DNA from: an uncultured archaeon
GTDB lineage: Archaea; Asgardarchaeota; Thorarchaeia; Thorarchaeales; Thorarchaeaceae
Reading direction: 5' to 3'
Assembly: GCA_964610875.1 (NCBI GenBank)
Contig: CAZSWP010000023.1
Span: 1 to 60,948 of the forward strand
Length of the DNA stretch: 60,948 nt
Shown: piece by piece, positions 29,929 through 40,200 of the stretch
How the letters are laid out: every line of letters begins with the position of its first letter
How positions within the stretch are numbered: position 1 is the first letter of the stretch
Notes under the pieces: model-generated
Told to the model about the DNA's origin: nothing
Databases searched by the model: none
Seen by the model: only the letters and a program-made list of their open reading frames with translations
Made by a program: the position numbers and the translations under genes

Positions 29929-31155
29929 ATGGGAAGAAAGAAGAGATATTCAGGATACAAGGCCTACGAATACCTGACTCCAGGAAAAGATTACAAGCAC
30001 TTCATTCTACGAGATGCGATAAAGAAGGACTGGTCGTATCTTGTACCACTCTCTAAAACCGAAGAGGAACGAGTGGAGGAGATATTTGAGAAGAATATCA
30101 TCATTGATCTCCACGAACATCCAACTCTGATGCCGGAGAATGTTGATGACTGCATAAAGCTCTGGAAGGAAGGAAGAGAGCATATGGCATATGAGGCACT
30201 CAGTACTTCTCCACTCGATTGTATCTTCGATAATATGCTAGACGGGAGTGCATTCATTACAAGCAAACATGGTTGGAAATGGAATGACGTCATTCATGAT
30301 ATTGGTCAACGACTCTGCGATATTTCTCACCAAGATTATGTCATTCAATGCAAGAATGTGAAGGATATCATAGATGCATTCGATAATGGAAAATTGGCGT
30401 GGGTACCTGTTCTTGAATCATCGACACCTATTGAGAATGAGGTTGATAGAATAGATATTCTCTATGGTCTGGGAATACGCTCAATGGGATTGACTTATAG
30501 TGAGTCGAACATGTTGGGATCGGGATTGAGTGAGATACAAGATGGAGGACTCTCTGATTTCGGTTATGATTGTATCGTTCGTATGAACAAGCTTGGAATG
30601 CTAATCGATGTGAGTCACACAAGTGACAAGACTGCATTGGATACAATTGAATCCAGTAAGAAACCAATCATTATCTCACATGCTGGAGCGAGGTCTCTAC
30701 TACCTATTAAGAGATTGTTTCCAGACGAAGTCTTACAGGCATTATCTGAGAGAAATGGTGTGATAGGTATCGAAGCAGCTCCGGGATATACAGCTACAAA
30801 GGACAATCCAACCCCTTCGATTGATACATATATGGCTCATCTTGAGTATTGCATTGACCTCATGGGCACTGACCACGTTGGATGTGGACCCGACACACTC
30901 TATGGAGATCATGTTGGATTCTATAGAATTGATGACCAGAGATACGAAGATGCAGGACTGGGACATTATTCAAGAACTGAACAAAAGGAAGATTTGAATG
31001 TGGATAGGTTACCAGATTATGTGGAAGGACTTGAAAACCCCACAGAGTCTCTGAATAACATAACCCGATGGCTTGTAAAACATGGTTACTCGGATGATGA
31101 GATAGTGAAAATCATCGGATCTAATGCTCTTCGTCTACTCAAAGAGGTATGGTAG
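29929..31155 (+). CDS. Membrane dipeptidase (peptidase M19)
   Basis: IDLHEH, GLTY, DGGLSDFG, IDVSH, ISH, DHVGCGPD, GSNALR. Confidence 0.92.
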   Translation: MGRKKRYSGYKAYEYLTPGKDYKHFILRDAIKKDWSYLVPLSKTEEERVEEIFEKNIIIDLHEHPTLMPENVDDCIKLWKEGREHMAYEALSTSPLDCIFDNMLDGSAFITSKHGWKWNDVIHDIGQRLCDISHQDYVIQCKNVKDIIDAFDNGKLAWVPVLESSTPIENEVDRIDILYGLGIRSMGLTYSESNMLGSGLSEIQDGGLSDFGYDCIVRMNKLGMLIDVSHTSDKTALDTIESSKKPIIISHAGARSLLPIKRLFPDEVLQALSERNGVIGIEAAPGYTATKDNPTPSIDTYMAHLEYCIDLMGTDHVGCGPDTLYGDHVGFYRIDDQRYEDAGLGHYSRTEQKEDLNVDRLPDYVEGLENPTESLNNITRWLVKHGYSDDEIVKIIGSNALRLLKEVW

Positions 31156-31212
31156 AAGATTCTACTAGAAAACGTTAGCCTTATGTCATGCATTTTCTAA
31201 ATAGGTGTCACA

Positions 31213-32235
31213 TTGAAAAGGATATTAATCATAGGAATTGCCCTGCTTCTGTTTATACAGACTCCAGTGCATACTCCACAGGATTCAACATCGGTAAAAA
31301 ACACACCAATGATGTTTCTTTCACAAGCAGCACTACTTCAAAGTGGAGTTCAAGTCAGTGGTAGTCTGGGATTTGAAGATGACTTTGATATGTATGTAAT
31401 CCAAGTAAATTCTCCTACTGTTTCCATGAACGCGGTCCTAACGTGTCCCGAGGAATCAGATTTTGACCTCTACGGTCGTTTTAATGAAACTCCTACTGAG
31501 AACATATATGATTGGCGAGGCTTTTCATCTACTGGAGAGAATGTGACTTATTGGATTCCTGAAGTAGGAATTTGGTACATCATGGTTCATTCTTGGTCGG
31601 GCTCAGGAAATTATACACTCACAGTCACAATTCAAGAACTTGATATTTCTCATGATTATCATCTTGAAGATGGTGTTCCAGTTAGCAATATTCTTCTCGA
31701 TGGGCAGGAATCAGGAATCTACAGGATGTTCATTCCAGAGAATGTCACATCGATTCGCATTGTACTGGATTGTGGTAGCAACGATTTTGATTTTTATGCA
31801 CGGTGGGAAAATATACCAACTCGGAGTAACTATGATTTTCGAGGATACTCCAGTACGGGAGAAGATCAAGAAATTGATGAGGTTTACAATGATTCGCTAT
31901 ACATCATGGTGTATGCATATTCTGGTTCAGGACAGTATACACTTACAATATTCTTCACCTATGCAAATTTTGGCACAAATGCATTCCTCAATTGGATTAT
32001 GGCACCTTTCGTCTTACCAGGAGTAGTCTTTCTGTTCGTTGGTACCGTCGTAATTGTTTTGTATATTCGGAGAGAAACATCAGAATATCAAGAATATTCA
32101 TCCTCAGATGACTCTGACCAATCCAGATATAGAAAAGAGCATACTATTCAGCTCTATTGCCCCGTTTGTAGAACGAAACTGAAGGATGGAGCAGAGAAAT
32201 GTCACGAGTGTGGTATTGATTTAACACACTACTAG
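31213..32235 (+). CDS. Two PPC (pre-peptidase C-terminal) domains, TM helix, cytoplasmic zinc ribbon
   Basis: Tandem DFDLYGR/DFDFYAR...YD.RG.SSTGE...YIMV...SGSG.YTLT repeats; TM; CPVC...CHEC. Confidence 0.85.
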   Translation: MKRILIIGIALLLFIQTPVHTPQDSTSVKNTPMMFLSQAALLQSGVQVSGSLGFEDDFDMYVIQVNSPTVSMNAVLTCPEESDFDLYGRFNETPTENIYDWRGFSSTGENVTYWIPEVGIWYIMVHSWSGSGNYTLTVTIQELDISHDYHLEDGVPVSNILLDGQESGIYRMFIPENVTSIRIVLDCGSNDFDFYARWENIPTRSNYDFRGYSSTGEDQEIDEVYNDSLYIMVYAYSGSGQYTLTIFFTYANFGTNAFLNWIMAPFVLPGVVFLFVGTVVIVLYIRRETSEYQEYSSSDDSDQSRYRKEHTIQLYCPVCRTKLKDGAEKCHECGIDLTHY

Positions 32236-32236
32236 A

Positions 32237-32340
32237 ACCGTTCATTGTAAGCTGGACAGATCTGGACACCGGTCAATAGAGCACATGAGGGTCATACTAG
32301 AAGAGATGATGAATACATCAAGTATATACGTGCTGTCAAA
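32237..32340 (-). mobile_element. Degenerate copy 3 of the element (right end intact)
   Basis: 32237-32270 matches copy 2 at 32 of 34 nt; residual ATGACCCTCA arm, TATATA and TTGACA further in; left end not recognisable. Confidence 0.65.
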
Positions 32341-32354
32341 ATTGAAAGCATAAG

Positions 32355-33143
32355 ATGTTTCCTTCCTGCTCAACTCTTGGAGGTATTCGAACAAGAAGTA
32401 CTTCAGAGATTTTTTTGTCAGACCAGATTTCAACATTGAAACGAGTCAAAGAAGCAGGATATGACACAGTTGAACTCTATTATAATCATCAACCTGATTG
32501 GGTAAAGGAAAAGATAATTGAAAAAATAACTGAACTGGAGCTTCGCCCATATTCCATTCATCTACCAAAATTTCTGCTGACCTATAAGAAGAATGAATTT
32601 CTTGAAAATATGGAATCAATTCGCTCTCTTGTAAAAGAAACTGAGATTCAAGTAGCAGTGATTCATCCTCCATCAGATGATATTATCGAAAGAAGATTCT
32701 GGCATCAATACCATGAAACACTATTGGAGTTCTCTGAAGATACTAGATGTGCATTAGCCTTTGAGATTGTCCGGTACCTACCGAATGGGCATTTGTGGAT
32801 TGCAGAACAAATCCGTAATCATCCGGATGAAAATATAGGTGTCACAGTTGATTTGGAGTTTATGTATATGAACGGACTCAATATCCAACAACTATTCAAT
32901 CTCTTTGGAACCCGGATTCTGAATATTCACTTTAGAGACAGCGATGGTAGTCTAGTTGATGAGCATGGAAAGAGGAAGTACCTCAACCCAGGAGAAGGAG
33001 ATATTGACCTGCAATCAGTGATTCGTATCTTAAAAGAAAATCAATACAACGGACCAATTACAATCGAGGTATCTCATAAAGATGAGATGAATATAATAAA
33101 TGCAAAAAAATACCTTGATAGAATACTCTCAGACCTGATTTAA
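32355..33143 (+). CDS. Sugar phosphate isomerase/epimerase (xylose isomerase-like TIM barrel)
   Basis: AGYDTVEL, SIHLP, VIHP, LAFE, TVD, IHFRD, PGEGDID, ITIE. Confidence 0.88.
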   Translation: MFPSCSTLGGIRTRSTSEIFLSDQISTLKRVKEAGYDTVELYYNHQPDWVKEKIIEKITELELRPYSIHLPKFLLTYKKNEFLENMESIRSLVKETEIQVAVIHPPSDDIIERRFWHQYHETLLEFSEDTRCALAFEIVRYLPNGHLWIAEQIRNHPDENIGVTVDLEFMYMNGLNIQQLFNLFGTRILNIHFRDSDGSLVDEHGKRKYLNPGEGDIDLQSVIRILKENQYNGPITIEVSHKDEMNIINAKKYLDRILSDLI

Positions 33144-33229
33144 GCGCATTAGCTCGGATATTCTGAGCAATATCTTATTGTTATACTAAACCACTTACCA
33201 ATTCAACTTAGCTAGAGAAGTGAAAAAAA

Positions 33230-33682
33230 ATGACTATCGAACCAGAGATCAGAGAAATGGAATCATTCAAGGTTATAGGGATGAAATATCAGGGAAAGAA
33301 CGGAAATGAAGAAGTCCCACAACTTTGGAGAGATTTTGTACCTCGTATAAAGGAGATAAAAAATGTTTCAAGAAAAGAAGATACATTTGGATTACAATGG
33401 GATATCAAGGATGATGGACAATTCATGTACATAGCTGGAATAAAAGTCGAAATGGTTGAGAATGTTCCTGAAGGAATGATCAGCTGGGATATTCCAAAAG
33501 CTCGCTATGCGACATTTGAGTGTACACTTCCAACCTTACTGGAAGTCTATGGTCAAATCAGTGAATGGTTGGAGAAGTCAGAATACAGTAAGGCTAGCTC
33601 ACCCGAGTTTGAATATTATCCTCGCGAGTTTGATGGTTCACCCGATTCTAAAATGTACATCTACATACCAATAACGAAATAG
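33230..33682 (+). CDS. GyrI-like small-molecule-binding protein
   Basis: FKVIG...VPQLWRDF...YIAG...VPEGM...YATF...FEYY...IYIPI. Confidence 0.9.
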   Translation: MTIEPEIREMESFKVIGMKYQGKNGNEEVPQLWRDFVPRIKEIKNVSRKEDTFGLQWDIKDDGQFMYIAGIKVEMVENVPEGMISWDIPKARYATFECTLPTLLEVYGQISEWLEKSEYSKASSPEFEYYPREFDGSPDSKMYIYIPITK

Positions 33683-33785
33683 AGAATCAAACAAGAATAA
33701 GCATCCCTCGAGTATTGAACAGCAACAAGAGAATTAAGTGGGAAGACATACTACTCAGATACACTGCTTTGCAGAGGGATGAGCT

Positions 33786-36700
33786 TTGTCCGAGGATGAA
33801 AGAGAGTTTAATGATGAAAAGGTTGAGAGACCAGAAGAAGCTGAAGAATCAGAGATGACTGAAGAAGAGGACATTGATGAAGAACCAGATTCTGAAATGG
33901 AACGACCTGTGCCAGTTGCACCTGTACCAGATTACGAAATAGCTGAAATAGCTGGAATCAGTGAGAAATCACTCGACATCTATACAGTCATTCTAGCAAA
34001 TGGAAATGTAACAGCAGGAGATCTTGCACTGCTATTACCTGAACAGGAGTTACCTGAGATAGAGGAGAACCTCAACGAACTAGTAACTCAGAAGATGGTC
34101 GTAGAACTACCTGGCATTGTTACTAGATATCAAGCAACACCACCATTTGAGGGGTTAGCTAAAGAAGTAAGGTCTATTTCAGGAAAGATTGAGTCACTTA
34201 GACAATCACTGAAGGAACAGGTACGCTCAGCTTCGATGAAGATTAGAGATGGCTATATTGACTTGGCAAAAGAAAAGATAGGTGAAATTGAAGCTCAGCA
34301 ACAACAGATTGAACCTAGCAAGCAACAGTCTTCCGAGTCGATTGAGCAAACGATATCAGATATTGAAGGAGGATTCAGGCGAACAGAGAGTGAGATCTCC
34401 GTAAAGACAAAAGAAGCTGTAGATCGATGGGTCTCCGATTCCATCAACTCAAGTAAGAGTTCTATGGAACAGCTTGAAGAAGAGGTAGATTCTCTTGAAT
34501 CAAAAATTTCGCAAGACATCACATCACATACTACGAAATTGAAATCACATGATGAGAGTCTGAAAAATTCAATTCTCGGCTTTACTGCTGAAATGGAATC
34601 AGAGTCAAGTTCAAAGATAGAAGAGGAAAAATCTTCCATCAGTGAAAGTATAGATTCTCAAAAGACTTCATTGTCAGAGTTCTTTAGTGAGAAGAGTAAT
34701 GAGTTAACAAGAAAAATTACTGAATCGAAAAGCGAGATTTCAGAATCCTTGGTGATTTTGAAGGATGATACATCTTCATTATTGGATGATACACAAATTT
34801 CGATGCAGAGTGCAATGCATGATGCAAGTTCTGCTCTTAAGGAACAATATCAGACCTCCAAGAATTACTTCTCGACAACAGCACAGGAGAGTATTGAACA
34901 TGCCAGGTCAATTCTAGATCAACATACTAACGAGAACAACTCAATCCTGTCAAAACACGAAACAGCACAGATAGAAACAACTGAATCGCATGAAGCAGAA
35001 ATAAATGAGATAGTTGCTAAATTCAAAACAAATGCAGAAACAGCCATCTCCTCAATCTCGGATCAGATTGATGTCTATGCACGAAGAGGGAAAGCTTCCA
35101 TTGATTCCACAATGACTTCAATGAAGCAGATCACTCAAGACTCTACAAGTGAAGCTATGGAAACAGCAAACAGTATATCTGAAACATCCAAACAACAAAC
35201 ACAATCAACCATAGAATCCAGAAAACAGTCAATCAAACAACAGATTGAATCCAGTGGACAAAAAATACGAGAGATCAATACACAATCTCTTGAGAGTTAT
35301 ACGTCATCCTTAGAATCTACGAAGACCTCCATGATAGAGAGTTCGAATGCAATTGCATCTCGTGCAAAGAGCAGCATTAGCAAGATTGCTGGTGACACAA
35401 TATCAAGTCTGGAAACTCTCTCAGGAAGTCTGAAAGAAGAGATAGACAGGATAGTCAATGAGGCAGCAACTGCAATACGAGATACTTCTACTAGCTCGAT
35501 ACAGGAGATATCCGAAAGAGCTGAACAGGATGTCACAGCATTAGAATCAAGTATCGAATCCATGAAATCTGAGTACAGAGGTAAACATGCCTCGATTGAT
35601 TCTGAAGTATCAAACATGGTAGAGAGTCAGATATCAGCTAATTCAGATGTGTTATCAAAACTATCAGAGAATATTGGACAGGAACAGGACAGGCTTACTA
35701 CAGATATTGATAGAATAAGACGTGAAACATCTGGTAAAGTCGAGTCTGAGATTCAGCAATTACGAGATAGCTCCTCAGCATCACTCACCGAAACAGCTCA
35801 AGAGAGTCAAGAGCTTGTCGCGTCATTTGGAAACAGTATTCAAGATGCAGCTGATAGTATGCGTTCATCATCTTCAGCTACAGCGAATTACCTGACTTCT
35901 AATGTTTCGCGAGATACAGATTCCTTGAAGACTGCAACAAATGAGTCAGTTGGAATCTTGAAACAGGGCTTGGATGACATAATCAACGAATTGACCTCAA
36001 CACTTGAAGCTGAAGTTGGAGAACAACAGCAAGCAACAGCTAGCAAAATTACAGAAACAACCACATCAGTTGCAGACCGAATCAATGCCATAAAAGAAAA
36101 CACACAGACCACAATATCTGACAAACAATCAGCGGTCGAGTCTACTATTGATGAATCCTTAGCACGTCTCAAAGATTCATTACGAGATACAAGTGACTCC
36201 ACAGTTTCGTCTCTCGATGCATCTAAGGAAAACATCACCACGAGTCTTGCAGAAATTCTCTCCACCATATTGGCATCTAGAACCAAGATAGATGGTAAAC
36301 TAGCAGAGTTAATTGCAGAACACATTTCTGAGGTTGAAGCAAATTCAGAGCAGACTCTGGAAACCATTCGTGCTTCGACCAGTTCAACAAAGAACACAAT
36401 CAACTCAATGCAAGAAACGATGGAATCCAGTATTCTAAGTTCTGGAGAAGATATTCAATCTACTGCCAACACGCTTGTCAAAAGTAGGATGGACCAGTCT
36501 ATTACATCCATCAAGAGAAGCAAGGAAGCAATAGATGGAACACTCAGCAATTCGTTCAGTGAACTTGGAAACAGTATGGGTACCACGAAAGATACTCTCA
36601 AGGGAATACTCAACGAACTTGAGCAGAACCCATTACTGGGTCTCACAGAAGACTCACTTGAGAAATCTTTTGCCGCTCCCTCAGACCAAATTGATACAGA

Positions 36701-37187
36701 AACGCTAGCAAGAATCCTCACATCGTCATGGGATAGACTTGGTTCAACAGAATTTCCAGGTGCGAGTCAGACTTGGACTGTGCTGACAAAGGATGCTGTT
36801 CTCAGTCACATCTCAGATATGCTTGACCGTGCAAAATCGAAGGTGACTCTTATCCTTCCTGAAGCAAATGACATACCCACTGAAAAATTGCAAGAACTCA
36901 AGACCACTATTGGTGTAGAGATGGTAGCAACTGAGGGACCACAGATTTCTCAGAAAGCAAAACCACTAGTTGGACGTGGAAACATCAGAGTACGGACAAG
37001 AACTGAGAAAGATGTCTATGCATGTGTCCGAGATAGCGAAGAGGTTCTTTTAGCCACTGCATATACTTCCGATAAAGAAACAGTTGCACTTGTTTCCGAG
37101 GATGACGGATTTGTAAAATTCATCATGTCCATAGTTGGACCAATATTCCAAGCAAGGACAAAACTACTCAAACCTGAAGACTTGTAA
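33786..37187 (+). CDS. TrmB-like protein: acidic N-terminus, winged helix, ~850-aa helical repeat region, TrmB-type C-terminal domain
   Basis: IYTVILANGNVTAGDLA...LNELVTQKMV...RYQATPP; S/E/T/I-rich amphipathic repeats; TWTVLTKDAVLSHISDMLDRAKSKV...VRDSEEVLL. Confidence 0.75.
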   Translation: MSEDEREFNDEKVERPEEAEESEMTEEEDIDEEPDSEMERPVPVAPVPDYEIAEIAGISEKSLDIYTVILANGNVTAGDLALLLPEQELPEIEENLNELVTQKMVVELPGIVTRYQATPPFEGLAKEVRSISGKIESLRQSLKEQVRSASMKIRDGYIDLAKEKIGEIEAQQQQIEPSKQQSSESIEQTISDIEGGFRRTESEISVKTKEAVDRWVSDSINSSKSSMEQLEEEVDSLESKISQDITSHTTKLKSHDESLKNSILGFTAEMESESSSKIEEEKSSISESIDSQKTSLSEFFSEKSNELTRKITESKSEISESLVILKDDTSSLLDDTQISMQSAMHDASSALKEQYQTSKNYFSTTAQESIEHARSILDQHTNENNSILSKHETAQIETTESHEAEINEIVAKFKTNAETAISSISDQIDVYARRGKASIDSTMTSMKQITQDSTSEAMETANSISETSKQQTQSTIESRKQSIKQQIESSGQKIREINTQSLESYTSSLESTKTSMIESSNAIASRAKSSISKIAGDTISSLETLSGSLKEEIDRIVNEAATAIRDTSTSSIQEISERAEQDVTALESSIESMKSEYRGKHASIDSEVSNMVESQISANSDVLSKLSENIGQEQDRLTTDIDRIRRETSGKVESEIQQLRDSSSASLTETAQESQELVASFGNSIQDAADSMRSSSSATANYLTSNVSRDTDSLKTATNESVGILKQGLDDIINELTSTLEAEVGEQQQATASKITETTTSVADRINAIKENTQTTISDKQSAVESTIDESLARLKDSLRDTSDSTVSSLDASKENITTSLAEILSTILASRTKIDGKLAELIAEHISEVEANSEQTLETIRASTSSTKNTINSMQETMESSILSSGEDIQSTANTLVKSRMDQSITSIKRSKEAIDGTLSNSFSELGNSMGTTKDTLKGILNELEQNPLLGLTEDSLEKSFAAPSDQIDTETLARILTSSWDRLGSTEFPGASQTWTVLTKDAVLSHISDMLDRAKSKVTLILPEANDIPTEKLQELKTTIGVEMVATEGPQISQKAKPLVGRGNIRVRTRTEKDVYACVRDSEEVLLATAYTSDKETVALVSEDDGFVKFIMSIVGPIFQARTKLLKPEDL

Positions 37188-37196
37188 AAGGAGAGA

Positions 37197-37218
37197 GAGG
37201 GGATAATTTCATCCCCTC
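37197..37218. terminator. Bidirectional hairpin terminator
   Basis: GAGGGGAT-N6-ATCCCCTC between convergent genes. Confidence 0.65.
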
Positions 37219-37230
37219 AGTTCTATTTTA

Positions 37231-40200
37231 TTATTTCTTTTTCTTACCAGCTGATGACCTACGATTCATCAGTACTTTTCCAACTGCAAATAATAGAATC
37301 ATGCTTCCAGCACCAATGAAGAAGCCATACTCAGACATCATACCTGATAGACTTGCTCCAATAGCATCGAGACCTTGTGGATTATTCACAGTATAGGTGA
37401 ATGACGCAGATGCAGTATTACCGGCATTATCTGTGACAACTACTTGAATAGTGTATTCTCCGTTCTCAAATGTGGAAGTGTCCCATTCAAGAGTACCTTG
37501 AGCTGCAGTTGATGAATCAGTCATCGCTCCATCAATAAGTAGTTCAACTTTTTCAATATCGCTACCCAAATCAGACGCAGTGTAACTGAATGTCACAATG
37601 CCTTGAACGATATCTCCACTTGGACCACTTGCACTCAAAGTAGGATCTATGTTATCACCTACAATATAGCTTGCCGGAATTCCAACATCTGTTGCAACTC
37701 CAAAAGTATCATATGCAACAACGTAATAGTCAACCTCTACACCCCACTCCTGAGCAGGAATCTCAGCAGTATAGAGAGCTACAGATGGTTGCATCTCTAC
37801 AGAAGTCCAGGTTCCTTCATCAAGGCGATAGTAGAGAGTCACATTTTCAACGCCAGTAGCATCTGTCACCGCAACTGAAACAAGCACTGCTTGATTATAT
37901 TGAGGTGTGGTTGGGTTAATCTGAATTGTTGAAAGCTCTGGAGGTGCAACGTCATTCTGTACATTGAGAGTTATTCGGTCAACTTCAGTCACACCAGCAT
38001 GATCATGTGCAATGGTATCAACTGTTCTGGTACCATTACTCACTGTCCTAGTATTCCAATTGAACTCATAAGGAGATTCCGAATCATTATAGAATGAAAC
38101 TCCATCTACAGTAAACTCTACATAGTCCACTCCACTACCAACATCGTCTGCTGTAGCTTCAATCAGAATAGAATTCGAAACCACTGTATCATTCTTCCAA
38201 TCCACAATTGCAACTGTTGGAGCAATGTCATCTCCCACAGTATAGGAATAGTAGAATCCTCCATTGTCATCTATAGCTTCTCTGCTACTCCAGTCTAATG
38301 CAGATATGTAGTAGTCAATCTCTGTACCATAAGGTAAAGCAGGAATAGACGTTTCGTATAAATCCCCAGAAATGTGGTCGCATGTTTTTGTATCCCAATT
38401 TGAACCAGTATTGTAATGAAGAATGACTTCCTTGATATCCTCCAAGTTATCAGTGACTTCTGTTTGAACGATTACTTCACTATAATATACCGGGGTTGAG
38501 GTGACTTGATTCACAGACAGAATTTCAGGTGGTTCGGAATCAACTATAGCAAAGTCATCTATCAGGATAGAGAGATTACCACCGCTTGCAGAGTATCCAT
38601 GCACTCTTACTTCTGTCAAATTCAGTTTCTCAGTGGTGACAGGTTCCAAATCAGATGTGAAATTACGAAGGAGATTAACCCATGTGCCTGTGACATTCAG
38701 ATTCTCTGTGTCATAGTATAAGATACTTGATGTGTTAGAGAAACCACTTCCATGGTTTGCCAATATATAGTACAGGTAATAGCCTCCTTCAAAGCCTAGT
38801 TGAATATGGACATAACTATAACTTATCTCTTCAATCCAATTCAGTTTCCACCATGCACTGACCAGCATACTTGGATTCGTTTCAACATATGGTTGTCTCC
38901 TGAAACCAGAATCTGTGTTTCGAATTGTCAAGTTAGCAGAATGGTCACCAGAATGTGAGTCAGAACTTATGTTGTGGTATGGATAGGTGGAACCTTGAGA
39001 CTGCCATCCTGGTAACGGATTATATGATGTCCAGAACCAATCCTGTTCGAAGCCGGGGTCAAAGGTAGGATATGTCTTCACTTCATAATTATCAATGAGA
39101 AATATAGAAGATGAATTAAGATATTCACCCACGGTTACATAGAAATTCACACTAGTCACTGCCATTATATTGACATTGAGTTCCGATAATAACTCATACA
39201 TGTCTATACTAGTATGCTCCCAAGTTGAATTACTACCGAAATTCTTGTCTTTGACATATTTTGACCATGAGGAGTTGCCAAAGGACCACTGATCAAGTTG
39301 GTTTCCAAAATAGTAGTATATACTGAAACTATTACTGGAATTTTGAACGTACATCTGAATATATGCAGATTGATCATAACCACCGTTGTATGTTGATGTG
39401 TAATTCCAGTCAAATTCGATGTTCAATGATTTTGGTCCAGTTGCAGTCAGTGCATAGGGATAAGGGTAGTATTTCCCAATCATGGCATATCCATATGCAT
39501 CAAGTTCTTCTTGATATACAGAAACATTTGCGGAATATTCTCCGTCCAGACAAGTAGACGATTGTGAAACATATCCTGGAGATGAATTCTCACCATTCCA
39601 ATCACCACCAGTTGGGTCTTCAAATCCTGTATTATCTATAGCTTCTGCTGCCAGTCCAGTCATAATTGAAACATCATCAATGATTCCTATACTTGGACTA
39701 GATGCAAATTGTGGCGAAACTACGTGAAATCTGAAGTAGTCTAGTTCGGCATTTATCACACTCCATCCAGTAATAGCCTCTTCTGCGTCTAAAGTGAGGT
39801 TTCTTTGCAAATGATGCCATGAATCCAATGTGCTATTCAACAAATAATATCCATTATAGGTAGAATTAGACACACTAAATCCTGAATTATATGATATGTA
39901 ATAGAAAAGGTATGTGTATGAACTACCATTATACATCCTAATCCTAATGTACTGCACACCACCATCTGCTAAGTCCGGAGTTTCATCAATGTAATAATAA
40001 CATGACAAATACAATTTATCATCAAAATAATATGTATTATCATCAACGTACTGGTAAGCTTCAATATTAGCACTTTCGGCTCCAATACCCTCAGCAAGAA
40101 CTCGTGCAGAATGGGAACCACTGTGATAGAGTCCAGAATAGTAAAGGTCAGTCCTTCCACGTGCAGTATGGCCATAGTTATATCCATTAGGAACACCATT

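Noticed and set aside
19880-32340. CRISPR repeats or integron attC sites
   Set aside because: Copies are kilobases apart and in both orientations, with no spacer periodicity, no cas or integrase gene and no RYYYAAC...GTTRRRY bottom-strand hairpin.
33786-37187. SMC, methyl-accepting chemotaxis protein or phage tape measure
   Set aside because: No Walker A/B or hinge, no MCP hairpin signature, no TM segments and no phage genes nearby.
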